A stretch of 64,000 bases of DNA from Candidatus Thalassarchaeaceae archaeon (GTDB lineage Archaea; Thermoplasmatota; Poseidoniia; Poseidoniales; Thalassarchaeaceae). The position numbers and the translations under genes were made by a program. Below are positions 37,566 through 47,162 of the stretch, one piece after another. The notes under the pieces are model-generated. The model did no database searches. It worked only from the letters and a program-made list of their open reading frames with translations, and was not told the DNA's origin. Position 1 is the stretch's first letter; each line of letters begins with the position of its first letter. The stretch is from contig JASMKR010000035.1 in NCBI GenBank assembly GCA_030749075.1, positions 15,858-79,857 of the forward strand, read 5' to 3'.

Positions 37566-37639
37566 ATATAACCGTGATTCATCGGTCGCAACCACGCTAT
37601 AGGTGAGTTCTCGCGCTCTCTTTATTGGGGTTTGGTACT

Positions 37640-39250
37640 ATGTCTGAAAACAATGACCAGGAGAAGAGGTTCAACACCTACGTCATCTCATCGCTGGCAG
37701 TGACATCGGCATTGTTACTTCTGCTTCCAATGCTATTCGTCATAGGCAAGGACACGGCCTACTCCGCCTACGAGGTAGAGGAGCTCTACCAAGTGTCCGA
37801 TATGAGGGACACGCTCTCAGGGGAAGAGCTCTATTTCGTTGCAAACACAATGTCAACACCCATGCTAGTGAACGATTGGAAGGACCCCCACAGGACGCTG
37901 CTTGCAATTATCGGGCCAGAGAAGCCCATTGACGATACCGAGGCAGATGAGATCTACAAGTTCGTCACAGAGCGGGGCGGCAAGGTCATCGTGGCTGCTG
38001 ACAACACAAACGCGAATAGGCTCGCTAACAAGTTCGGAGTCACTTTCTTCAATGATCCGATGCTGGACGAGAAGCAACACTGGGTGGTTCATGACCAACT
38101 CGGCCAAGCACCCACGATATCGTGGAAGAACGTCTGGAGTGCCGCATCAGTGACGCAAGATGTCGACCAAATGTCTCCTGGTGCGATGATGCAGGGCTGC
38201 ACGACCTTCCAAATCGAGAACTACAACCCAATCGACTGTCGTATCCCGGTAATGTTCAGATCACCAACAGGTCTGAGGTTTGAGCCACTGCTCCTTGATA
38301 CCGAGGACCCGGGTCATCGCAAGATTATGACCTTAGGCAAGGCCTCCACATCGGCTTTCATCGATATCCTAGGCACTGGCGAAGGCACCGATCCAAGAAA
38401 CCCGGCTCCCGGTGACCTGCGACTGGTGATGAGGTTCGACTACCCGGGAATCGATGTCTTTGATGAGTTACCGGTCGAGGGAAGGGGCACGTTCTCATCT
38501 GGAGTGGGGGAGCTAGAAGTCACGGGCAGCATAGTATTCGTGTCTGACGAGGAGGTCTTCTCGAATCTCCTTTGGTCTCTCGATGTCGCCGAGGGAGAAG
38601 GTCTCAGCAAGGATTGCAAATCCGTGGGGGACTATACTCTGAACAACTGCTGGACCAAGGAGATTCTGAACAATAACGAGTGGAGTGGCAATGATCGGTA
38701 CTTCGGACTCTTAATCTATGACATGATGGAATTCGATAACATCAATCTCTCTGCTCAGGTGAGGCAGGGTGATTTCGCGGGTGATAAGTCAAACTTTCAA
38801 ATCGTTTTCGATGAGAGCCGACATGTTACCGGGGTGATCTCAGCACCCTTCGTGGAGACCATGGGCACGGTAGTCCTGCTGACATCTAATGAATTCCTGA
38901 AGTGGCTTGTCGTCCTGAATGTGGGCCTCCTGCTCCTCGTGGCGATGATGATAGTGCCGGAGAGGGAGAACTGGAGGCACGTTTTCGATCTGACCAGATT
39001 CAACAAGAGGCCCAACAAACTCGATCCCGGTACCTATCGCAAACGAGTTCAACAGGCCCTCTTTACCAAGATAAGGGTCCAAAACGATCTTACTCGTGAT
39101 CAGATGGCTGCAAAGCCCCCGCCTGAGATTCAGGCATTGATCGGGGACCCACGCCTTGTGGAATTGGCTTATAGCCAAAGCCGCACGTACTCGCCCCAAG
39201 AGTTGCGCAAGCTTATGCATGCCATTAGAAGATGGGGAAAGGAAAACTGA
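37640..39250 (+). CDS. membrane-anchored hypothetical protein, possibly DUF4350/GldG-like (MoxR-operon associated)
   Basis: N-terminal and C-terminal helices flank a large ectodomain. LLAIIGPEKPIDDTEADEIYKFVTERGGKVIVAADN resembles the DUF4350 core. It sits in front of MoxR/DUF58. Confidence 0.5.
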   Translation: MSENNDQEKRFNTYVISSLAVTSALLLLLPMLFVIGKDTAYSAYEVEELYQVSDMRDTLSGEELYFVANTMSTPMLVNDWKDPHRTLLAIIGPEKPIDDTEADEIYKFVTERGGKVIVAADNTNANRLANKFGVTFFNDPMLDEKQHWVVHDQLGQAPTISWKNVWSAASVTQDVDQMSPGAMMQGCTTFQIENYNPIDCRIPVMFRSPTGLRFEPLLLDTEDPGHRKIMTLGKASTSAFIDILGTGEGTDPRNPAPGDLRLVMRFDYPGIDVFDELPVEGRGTFSSGVGELEVTGSIVFVSDEEVFSNLLWSLDVAEGEGLSKDCKSVGDYTLNNCWTKEILNNNEWSGNDRYFGLLIYDMMEFDNINLSAQVRQGDFAGDKSNFQIVFDESRHVTGVISAPFVETMGTVVLLTSNEFLKWLVVLNVGLLLLVAMMIVPERENWRHVFDLTRFNKRPNKLDPGTYRKRVQQALFTKIRVQNDLTRDQMAAKPPPEIQALIGDPRLVELAYSQSRTYSPQELRKLMHAIRRWGKEN

Positions 39251-39260
39251 CAGTGGAGAG

Positions 39261-40322
39261 ATGAAAATGAATGCAACACAACCGGCAGAAGGAAAGCAGG
39301 CACCGACTTTAGGCGGTCATGAAAGCGCGCTCGCGAAAAAGGCACAGGCTGCTCGAGGTTCGAGCAAGATGGATGAGGTATTGACCGCCACCGGAGCGAT
39401 GGGACAGGCTATCAGTACTGAGGTCCAGAAGGTCATCGTCGGCAAGGAACACGTGATTGACAACGTCATGGTCGATATCCTCTCCAACGGGAACCTACTG
39501 TTCGAAGACTTCCCCGGGCTCGCTAAGACCCTGATGACGAATACCTTCGCTGACGCCCTCGGGTGCGATTTCAAGCGAGTTCAATTCACCCCCGACTTGC
39601 TTCCTGCCGATATCACCGGGACCAATATCTACGACGCCAAGAAGGGCGAATTCACCTTCAAGCCGGGACCCATCTTCTGCAACCTTCTACTCTCGGACGA
39701 GATCAACAGAGCGCCGCCTAAGACGCAGGCTGCTCTCCTTGAGGCCATGCAGGAACTACAAGTCACGGTCGGCGTAGTCACCCACAAACTGCCTGCACCT
39801 TTCCTAACCATGGCAACCCAGAACCCCGTTGAACAGGAAGGTACCTACCCACTGCCTGAGGCACAACTCGATCGCTTCATGATGAAAATGATGGTCGGAT
39901 ATCCCGACAGGGCCGACGAGGACGAGATCCTCCAACGTAGAATCGCCAGGAAGAAGGACGAGGTCGAGGTCAACACCATCACTGAGCCGAGCATAGTTGT
40001 GAAGATGCAGAAATCCTGCGAGGAAGTCTACGTCGATCCCGCAATCAGGATGTACATGGTCGAGATCGTCGCGCGGACCAGAGAGGACCCGCGTGTCCTG
40101 GTAGGGTCCTCGCCTCGTGGCTCACAGGCACTCCTGAAGACCGGTCGAGCCGCTGCAGCGATGCGCGGTCGGGACTTTGTTACGCCTGATGACGTGAAAT
40201 CCATCGCGGAACTTGCTGTGGCTCACCGGTTGATTCTCAAGCCCGAACACCAGATCAAGGGGCTTGAGAGTGGCAAGGTCATCCGGGAAATACTTCGTCA
40301 GGTCCCTGTCCCGACGGTCTAG
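39261..40322 (+). CDS. MoxR-family AAA+ ATPase
   Basis: Walker A variant LFEDFPGLAKT, Walker B LLSDEINRAPPKTQAALLEAMQELQVTV, and C-terminal SPRGSQALLKTGRAAAAMRGRDFVTPDDV. Confidence 0.9.
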   Translation: MKMNATQPAEGKQAPTLGGHESALAKKAQAARGSSKMDEVLTATGAMGQAISTEVQKVIVGKEHVIDNVMVDILSNGNLLFEDFPGLAKTLMTNTFADALGCDFKRVQFTPDLLPADITGTNIYDAKKGEFTFKPGPIFCNLLLSDEINRAPPKTQAALLEAMQELQVTVGVVTHKLPAPFLTMATQNPVEQEGTYPLPEAQLDRFMMKMMVGYPDRADEDEILQRRIARKKDEVEVNTITEPSIVVKMQKSCEEVYVDPAIRMYMVEIVARTREDPRVLVGSSPRGSQALLKTGRAAAAMRGRDFVTPDDVKSIAELAVAHRLILKPEHQIKGLESGKVIREILRQVPVPTV

Positions 40323-40346
40323 GAGTCCATTCGGGAGTAGGGAGAA

Positions 40347-41666
40347 ATGGCATGGAGCAGGAAGTCGGCGATGTTCGCATCGCTGTCAATCGCCATGTAT
40401 CTCTTGGGCCTCGTTCTGCGTAACCAGCAATTGGTTACCGTCGCTGTAGTCTTGCTCTCATTCCTTACTTGGGCTGCAATGAGGACTGCCCACGGCGACG
40501 TCTCCTCGACTGGAAGGAGGATTGAGGATGCGAACATAGACGAGGGCATCCAACTCCAGAACATCACCGCCATGCGCAAGATCTCGGCTGCTCGCGTCTT
40601 CGAGGATGGTGAAATCGATGTCACAGTGCGATTACAGAATCGCTCAAACATCTCTAAGGTTCTCGAGTTGCGCGATCGCGTGCCTGAGGTTATGAGAATT
40701 AAGAAGGGTGCCAACTACGTTCTGATGGAGATAGGCCCCCAGAGGGAGACCGAGATCTCCTATACCATCGAGGCTCCACTCAGAGGCTTCTACACCATAG
40801 GTCCAGTTTGCATCAGGGTCCAAGATGAGTTCGGACTGTTCCACAACGAGCGTGAGATTCAGCTCTACGACGATTTCCTCGTGTTCCCCAAGATGGAAGA
40901 CATAAAGGATGCGTTGATCAAAAGCAGGGTCCCGAAGATTTTCACTGGGGCTGTAAACATAAGGAACCCCGGTGAAGGCTCGAACTTCTACAACCTCAGG
41001 GAGTACCTCCCAGGGGACCCGATGAAGAAAATCAACTGGAAAGCTACGGCTCGGCAGGATGGGAAGATGATGGTTAACGAGTTCGAGCGAGATGCGGTCA
41101 GCGACGTGATTCTCATTGTTGACAGTAGAGAGGTGAGCGAGACCGGCCCAGTCAGCCGAAACTCGCTCGTATCCAGCACCCGGGCCGCAGCTAGTCTCTC
41201 TCAGTACTTCCTCTCTCGCCGTGACTCAGTAGGGCTGGTGGTTTACGGGGACGAAATAGTGTCAGTCGACAGGGACACCGGAAAGAAGCAGTTGTACATC
41301 CTTCTGACGAAACTCGCCGGCGCCATGGCCAAGGGAAACACTCCGCTCAAGATTGTCACCAATCGAATCATGCCCCACATCCACCGAGGCAGCCCGATCA
41401 TCATCCTCTCATCCCTCGAGGACGATCCGACTATCGTGGATGCGGTGCGCGACCTAAGGGCCAGAAGTTTTGAGGTCACGATTCTCTCCCCTAGCAGCCT
41501 CGAGTTCGAGTTCGACGCTAGGAGGCTCGACAGGACTGGTTACGAGGTCCTCAAGACCGAACGCGACATTCTGATGACCGAGCTTAGAGGCTTGGGGGCG
41601 TATGTGATGGATTGGGAGCCGGACATGCTTCTGTACACGGCACTCGCAGGAGCAAGGGGATTCTGA
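40347..41666 (+). CDS. DUF58 (vWA-like) protein with two N-terminal TM helices
   Basis: GEGSNFYNLREYLPGDPMKKINWKATAR is the DUF58 signature, followed by a vWA-like VILIVDSREV. Confidence 0.87.
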   Translation: MAWSRKSAMFASLSIAMYLLGLVLRNQQLVTVAVVLLSFLTWAAMRTAHGDVSSTGRRIEDANIDEGIQLQNITAMRKISAARVFEDGEIDVTVRLQNRSNISKVLELRDRVPEVMRIKKGANYVLMEIGPQRETEISYTIEAPLRGFYTIGPVCIRVQDEFGLFHNEREIQLYDDFLVFPKMEDIKDALIKSRVPKIFTGAVNIRNPGEGSNFYNLREYLPGDPMKKINWKATARQDGKMMVNEFERDAVSDVILIVDSREVSETGPVSRNSLVSSTRAAASLSQYFLSRRDSVGLVVYGDEIVSVDRDTGKKQLYILLTKLAGAMAKGNTPLKIVTNRIMPHIHRGSPIIILSSLEDDPTIVDAVRDLRARSFEVTILSPSSLEFEFDARRLDRTGYEVLKTERDILMTELRGLGAYVMDWEPDMLLYTALAGARGF

Positions 41667-41675
41667 GGTGAGTTG

Positions 41676-42608
41676 ATGGCGGAACAGGATGATGGCAAGG
41701 GGCCGGTGGATACCTCGAATCTATACGAGGGAAAGGTGGTCCGATCTTCTGCCCCCAGTCGAAGAAAGGCCGCTGGCACACTGAAGAAGAGCACAGACAT
41801 ACCCGAAGACGCCGTACCCGAAGTGCTCGTACCAAGTTGGGTCGAGACCATCTTCGGTGGACCGGTGGTAGCGAAGAGGGATTTCCTGTCTCCCGACAGG
41901 ATGGTTGTTTCTCTCCAAGTATGGTCGTCAGCCACCCTTCTGATTCTCTGCTTCCTCACGTTCATGCTTACTCCCGTGTCTGGGACCGCATGGTTCGCTG
42001 TCTCGAATATTATAGGAATCGAATCACTGGGCGTGGTGATTCACCTAGGACTAATGCTGATTGGGCTGGTTGGAGGATTCTATGGAGTATTCCAGCGTGA
42101 TCAGCGTGCGATTCTGGCGTCGTACATCGCACTCATCCTCGTAACTATCAGATTCGCTGGGAGCAAGGTTGAGTTCGGCTTGAGTTTCCTGCCCGAAGGA
42201 GAGGTGATTCAGAAGATCCTCCTGATTTTCTACGCCATCTTCCTAGTCATGTACATCGAGATTTCCAGTGGGATCATTCGATTCTCCATTCTGGACACCT
42301 CCATCCGGACTGGGGAGGTATACGTGATGAACGTCAACAAGATCTCGGGGAGATACAGTCGAGCTCTGGGCGTCACACCTGCGATTGCTGGATTCGTGGC
42401 GATGCTGACCCTCTTCATCAACCTCATCGTTCCGGCCTTCGTGGGCATCTTCGATCAGGTGGCGGCGAACAGACTGAGGGAGAGCGTCGAGCTGACTAGC
42501 GTCTATGGGGTCGCTCTGGGAACGATACTGGTCTTCATGATAATCGCATCCATGTTCGCAGTCAATCTTCCACTCAGGATTCAGGAGTACCTCGAACGTC
42601 AGTCCTGA
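41676..42608 (+). CDS. hypothetical polytopic membrane protein (last gene of MoxR module)
   Basis: About 310 aa with a charged N-terminus and 6-7 hydrophobic helices. No motif recognised. Confidence 0.5.
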   Translation: MAEQDDGKGPVDTSNLYEGKVVRSSAPSRRKAAGTLKKSTDIPEDAVPEVLVPSWVETIFGGPVVAKRDFLSPDRMVVSLQVWSSATLLILCFLTFMLTPVSGTAWFAVSNIIGIESLGVVIHLGLMLIGLVGGFYGVFQRDQRAILASYIALILVTIRFAGSKVEFGLSFLPEGEVIQKILLIFYAIFLVMYIEISSGIIRFSILDTSIRTGEVYVMNVNKISGRYSRALGVTPAIAGFVAMLTLFINLIVPAFVGIFDQVAANRLRESVELTSVYGVALGTILVFMIIASMFAVNLPLRIQEYLERQS

Positions 42609-43708
42609 TTGCCCAAGAATCCGCCCACCATGCCAAGGTCACAAACCACAAGCATGGCTACTGCCTCCACCACTGGAGCGGCCCTTGGTCCGATGACGGG
42701 ATCGTGCCTGCCACCGACCTTGAGAGCCCGAATCTCATTGCTAGGAAGGTGCAATGTGAATTGCTCTCGTGGAATGCTGCTTGGAGGTTTGAAGTGAACC
42801 CTCACACGAATCGGGGCCCCGGTTGAACGCCCTCCGAGTGCCCCATCAGAATCACCATTGTCGGACCCTTCGGGAACGGGCGATTCAACCCCGGGGAGCC
42901 ATGCGTCATTGTTCTCCGAACCTCGCATCATCGACGATTCAAAACCATGTGAGAACTCTACAGCGCGAGCGCCTGGAATCGCCATCAGACCACGTGCCAA
43001 TGCTGGCTCGATGCCGTCGAACCAAGGCTCACCGACTCCAATGGGAAGGCCCTCTATCAGGAGTTCGACGACTGAGCCTATGGTGTCACGGTCCCCACGA
43101 ATTGATTTCAGGTAGTCCGAGATTAGGGAGGAGGCCTCGGGGTCCCTGCAGTTCAGTCTCCCCATGTCGCTATCCATATCCAAGGGAGTGGTTCGATCCA
43201 GTTCGAAGAGCGGCCTTGCGGCAATCTCACCTACACTGTGCAAATGCGCGTTGCACGACCATCCGACAGAGTCCAGAATGCCTCGTACTTGACTTCCAGC
43301 AGCCACGAGGCCAAGGGTCAGGCGAGCGGATTGTGAACCCCCTCCCCGGGGGTCGTTCGCACCGCCAGAGCGGATGAACTCGCCCATATCGGAATGCCCG
43401 GGTCGAGGATGATCCGGGAGGAACTCGTAATCAGAGGAACGGGCGTCCGAGTTTCGTGCCATCATCAGGATTGGCCAGCCAGTTGCCTTCCCCTCAAAAA
43501 CCCCAGAAAGGATCTCGCAATCGTCCAACTCGGAGCGAGAGGAGAGCCCCTTTCGTCCAGGCTTGCGCGAAGCGAGGTTTCTCGCAAGAGTCACAGGATC
43601 GATCGGAGTGCCCGGAGGGACTCCCTCGAAGAGCGCTCCAACACAGGTTCCATGGCTCTCTCCGAATAGTGTCACACGCAGCCGATCGCCTAGAGACATA
43701 CCCATCAC
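42599..43708 (-). CDS. aroC: chorismate synthase
   Basis: N-terminal LRVTLFGESHG, then GRSSARETxx-like SQSARLTLGLV, at ~370 aa. Confidence 0.92.
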   Translation of the reverse strand: MMGMSLGDRLRVTLFGESHGTCVGALFEGVPPGTPIDPVTLARNLASRKPGRKGLSSRSELDDCEILSGVFEGKATGWPILMMARNSDARSSDYEFLPDHPRPGHSDMGEFIRSGGANDPRGGGSQSARLTLGLVAAGSQVRGILDSVGWSCNAHLHSVGEIAARPLFELDRTTPLDMDSDMGRLNCRDPEASSLISDYLKSIRGDRDTIGSVVELLIEGLPIGVGEPWFDGIEPALARGLMAIPGARAVEFSHGFESSMMRGSENNDAWLPGVESPVPEGSDNGDSDGALGGRSTGAPIRVRVHFKPPSSIPREQFTLHLPSNEIRALKVGGRHDPVIGPRAAPVVEAVAMLVVCDLGMVGGFLGNQD

Positions 43709-44562
43709 AAAACCTCCTCACTGATTGTCTCGCAGGTGATGAACCTGGTTGAAATAACCTCGAGTCCAGCATCAGAAAGGTTCGAGATTAGTGTCTGTGA
43801 ATCTTGGGGGTAGCAGACTACAGCAATTGTCGAGCCAGAGCCGCTGATGCCGGCTGCTATCGCCCCAGTGGCGATGCAAAGGTTGCATAATCGAAGGGCT
43901 TCGAAGTCTTCGGTAGCTGCCGCCACTGCCATTCCATTGGCAGATAGGGCCTCCAGTGGGAAACCACTGGCAAGCGATGCCAGAGCCCTTTCGAAGAGAT
44001 GATGGTGCTGGTTGAACGAGTCGAGCTTGATCCTAGACTTCCTCTCTCCGCGAAGCCCGAGTAGGACGATCAGGCCTTGTTCCATGTCGCCCTCGAGCAA
44101 TACTGACTTGGATGATTTCTGTTCGGGGTCGACTAGTTTCCATCCAGGGCAGAGCGCCGCCCAGACGTCATCCAAGCTACCGGTGAGGGTGCAATTCGCT
44201 CTCCTCTGGGCAGAAACGGCTAGATCTGCGATTTCGTGGTCAGATAGGCCAGCCCACGAAGACTCGTTCAGCGCTCGCAGAGCGGCACACGCTAGAGATG
44301 AACTGGACTTGAGGCCTTGGCCCACTGGCAGTTCGCTCTCGACGATCCATCCGTACGATTCAGCAGAGGGGAGTCCGGCTAAGCGCCAGCATGCCAGTAC
44401 GGAGTCAAGCAAACCATGCTCGTCGTCCTCAACTGTACATGGCTCATCTAGTAGTCTTACGGTAGTCTGCAAATCCACACCCACCGAGCATCCCTTGCCC
44501 AAGCCCAAGGCGTGGAGAATGGAAATCCCTCCATTGGCGACTCCAAACCCCAGTACGGTCAT
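43705..44562 (-). CDS. aroK: archaeal GHMP-type shikimate kinase
   Basis: GGISILHALGLGKGCSVGVDL and the GHMP motif PVGQGLKSSSSLACA. ATGA overlaps with both neighbours. Confidence 0.8.
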   Translation of the reverse strand: MTVLGFGVANGGISILHALGLGKGCSVGVDLQTTVRLLDEPCTVEDDEHGLLDSVLACWRLAGLPSAESYGWIVESELPVGQGLKSSSSLACAALRALNESSWAGLSDHEIADLAVSAQRRANCTLTGSLDDVWAALCPGWKLVDPEQKSSKSVLLEGDMEQGLIVLLGLRGERKSRIKLDSFNQHHHLFERALASLASGFPLEALSANGMAVAAATEDFEALRLCNLCIATGAIAAGISGSGSTIAVVCYPQDSQTLISNLSDAGLEVISTRFITCETISEEVL

Positions 44563-45539
44563 TTCTCAATCGTGCCCCCTTCAAGTGCGAGTCCCACGTG
44601 TCTCATTCTTAGATCTCTAAGAACGGAAATCTCGTCCCCAGAAGCGAGATCGGTGAGTGATATATTTCCGCCACCAGGAGTCACTAGGCGTACTGTCTCG
44701 GCCTGTTGGGCGATAATCTGCCCTTCGAATTCTTGCGAGAGGTATCGAACCAGGAGAAATGGTCGCCGCTCGATCTTTAGGCGTCCTATGGTCACCGGCC
44801 TCTGCGAGCCATCTGGCAATACGATGGCTACATCATCGCCGGCGCTGAGTTCGCTTAGGTACTTGGTCGAGCCGTCAGCCATGAGGGCATACGAGTGGAC
44901 AGCCCCCGCATTTACCCTGAACGGCCTAGTGGGGACGTATTCACTGGGGACGGTCTCACCGTGAACCAAGCATAGCAATCCAGAAACAGAGCCGATTGCC
45001 ATCCCTTCTCCTTCGTCCAGCCTCTGAATCAGATCGATGCAGGCCCTCTCGCCGATTCCCCCATTCTCGATCGAGGTGATAACGGCTGAGGAGGTTTTCG
45101 CGGGGGGCGAGGAGGGGGCGTCTTCGGAGGGCACCCGTAATCCCACCACCTCGCTAGCTGCCCCCCATAGGTCATCTGCGACGAGTATCGCATCAACCCC
45201 ATAATCGAGGGCAAAGGCGGCGCCGGTAAGGTCGGCCTCGTTGATAATCGCGGCAGTAATCCTAGTTCCGCTGCCCCTGGATGCCGCTACGAGATTCTCA
45301 AGGGGGATCATCGTCCAATCCGAGCATCTGACCAAAATCCAAGGCACCATACCAATGAGTGAAAGTGCCTCTTCTTGAGACCGGAAATCGTCGAGTTTCA
45401 CCTCTGCTACGTCGTGAGCCCTTCCCCTCCAGACACGGTTGGCTTCATTCTTCTCCTTCTGACCACCAATTGAAGCATCGTGCCAAAGTTCCACGTATTC
45501 ACCCCAGATGACTCGCCGCTTCGGACGCACTTTCCCCAT
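44559..45539 (-). CDS. aroB': 3-dehydroquinate synthase type II (archaeal)
   Basis: 326 aa. WILVRCSDWTMIPLENLVAA matches the conserved W..IPLENL(I/V)A stretch of the archaeal DHQS-II family. It lies between aroA' and aroK. Confidence 0.75.
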   Translation of the reverse strand: MGKVRPKRRVIWGEYVELWHDASIGGQKEKNEANRVWRGRAHDVAEVKLDDFRSQEEALSLIGMVPWILVRCSDWTMIPLENLVAASRGSGTRITAAIINEADLTGAAFALDYGVDAILVADDLWGAASEVVGLRVPSEDAPSSPPAKTSSAVITSIENGGIGERACIDLIQRLDEGEGMAIGSVSGLLCLVHGETVPSEYVPTRPFRVNAGAVHSYALMADGSTKYLSELSAGDDVAIVLPDGSQRPVTIGRLKIERRPFLLVRYLSQEFEGQIIAQQAETVRLVTPGGGNISLTDLASGDEISVLRDLRMRHVGLALEGGTIEK

Positions 45540-46293
45540 TGTGAACTATTGCGCTGAGGGCCCTGACATGGTCTGCAGGGTCCTCGGCTCCGAAAACCTG
45601 GCGCCCTATGCACACGCCGGCGCCACCTGCGCCCATCGCCTGCTCGGCGATGCCCAATAGCTCAGTGAAGGATGTACCCCCGGGCCCTCCGGCGATAAGG
45701 ATCGGAATCGGAGCGGCCGAGGTGACGACGGAGAATGATTCTGGAGAGCCGGTCCACGGGACCTTGGCGATGTGGCACCCCAGTTCCCATGCCAAACGGA
45801 CAGCATGGGCGATTCCATGGGTGGAGTCGGTCGGGTCGAGCATGAGGTTGGGGCCGCGAGGGTATGCCATCCCCAGAACTGGAAGTCCGAGGGGATGCGC
45901 ATCAGAGGTCAATGAGCCCATGCGCTCGATCATGTCTGCCTCGGCATCCTCTCCGAGGTTGATTTGGGCTGAGAGGCCGGTGGCTCCGCGCGCGAGACAC
46001 TCTCCGGCTGTGGCCACGCTGACCTTGTCTTGAGCGCGCGTCCCACCGTGGACGGTGGAGGCCGAGACATGGCATACGAAGCCCCCCCAGCCCGTTCGTT
46101 CGACGTGGTGGCTGACAGCCCCCTTCTGGAGGACGACGGCGTCTGCGCCGCCGGCTATGGCAGCGTCAACGGCAGCGTCCGTATCTCCCAAGCCGGCTTC
46201 TGGATACCTCGAGGCGCTGTGGTCCATCGGAACCCAGACCCCCCTGCCGCCGGGCAGGAGGCGCTCGAGGCGCTCGGAGAGCGTTTCGACCAT
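45499..46293 (-). CDS. aroA': 2-amino-3,7-dideoxy-D-threo-hept-6-ulosonate synthase (class I aldolase family)
   Basis: DhnA/class I aldolase-like: VWVPMDHSAS and the Schiff-base Lys context IAKVPWTG. ATG at 46293 is preferred. Confidence 0.78.
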   Translation of the reverse strand: MVETLSERLERLLPGGRGVWVPMDHSASRYPEAGLGDTDAAVDAAIAGGADAVVLQKGAVSHHVERTGWGGFVCHVSASTVHGGTRAQDKVSVATAGECLARGATGLSAQINLGEDAEADMIERMGSLTSDAHPLGLPVLGMAYPRGPNLMLDPTDSTHGIAHAVRLAWELGCHIAKVPWTGSPESFSVVTSAAPIPILIAGGPGGTSFTELLGIAEQAMGAGGAGVCIGRQVFGAEDPADHVRALSAIVHNGESASEAASHLG

Positions 46294-46373
46294 GTATCGC
46301 CGCCAGCGCTTCACCACTTGAAAGGTGACGCACGATACCCTCCGGCCAGACAGCCGCTCCCACAGGGAGCGGA

Positions 46374-47153
46374 TCAAAGATCGAGATCGATTATCAGAGG
46401 AGCGTGGTCAGACACACCAAGGCCGCCTTCTCGTATCACCTCGGCGGATTTGAACAGGGGCCTTGCAGCGGCGTTGGCTAGAACGTAGTCTATCCTCCAA
46501 CCACGATCCTCCGCCCTCGCCCTGCCGCGAAATGACCACCAAGTGTAGGGGCCCTTTCGTGATCCATAGTGAATCCTATGCAGGTCGTACCAACCGATTG
46601 CTAGGAATCGGCTGAACCACTCGCGCTCATGATCGAGGAAGCCCGAGGTAGTTCGATTTCCGCTGGGGTTCCAGATGTCGTCCTCGGTGTGGGCTATGTT
46701 GAGGTCACCCACTAGGACCACGGGCTCAGCGGAGTCGAGGAACTGCTTGCTCCATGGCAGGAGATCCTCGAGCCACTCGTCCTTGTAGGCCTGGCGCTCT
46801 GGTCCGGAGCCGCCATTGGGCAGGTAGATGTTGATGCACGTCAGTGGGCCGCAGTTGGTAGTCAGAACCCGCCCCTCGGCATCCTCGGGGTCGAGCTTGG
46901 TTGCTATTCCACGACCGATTTCCTCCAGCCCAACCCGGGACATCGTAGCAACACCAGAATACCCCTTGCGTTCGGCCGGATGCCAGATAACCTCGTGCCT
47001 GTCAGGAAGAGACCAATCGGTTGGAAGTTGCTCAGGAAGAGCACGCACTTCTTGGAGTAACCAAATGTCTGCATCTATCCTCTCAATGAAGTCATCCAAG
47101 CCTTTGCGGATGGCGGCACGGATGCCGTTGACGTTCCAAGTCACTATGCGCAC
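46374..47153 (-). CDS. xth: exodeoxyribonuclease III
   Basis: MRIVTWNVNGIRA, LQEV, GDLNIAH and SDHAPL are the EEP/ExoIII motifs. Confidence 0.92.
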   Translation of the reverse strand: MRIVTWNVNGIRAAIRKGLDDFIERIDADIWLLQEVRALPEQLPTDWSLPDRHEVIWHPAERKGYSGVATMSRVGLEEIGRGIATKLDPEDAEGRVLTTNCGPLTCINIYLPNGGSGPERQAYKDEWLEDLLPWSKQFLDSAEPVVLVGDLNIAHTEDDIWNPSGNRTTSGFLDHEREWFSRFLAIGWYDLHRIHYGSRKGPYTWWSFRGRARAEDRGWRIDYVLANAAARPLFKSAEVIREGGLGVSDHAPLIIDLDL

Positions 47154-47162
47154 GGGCAGTCC

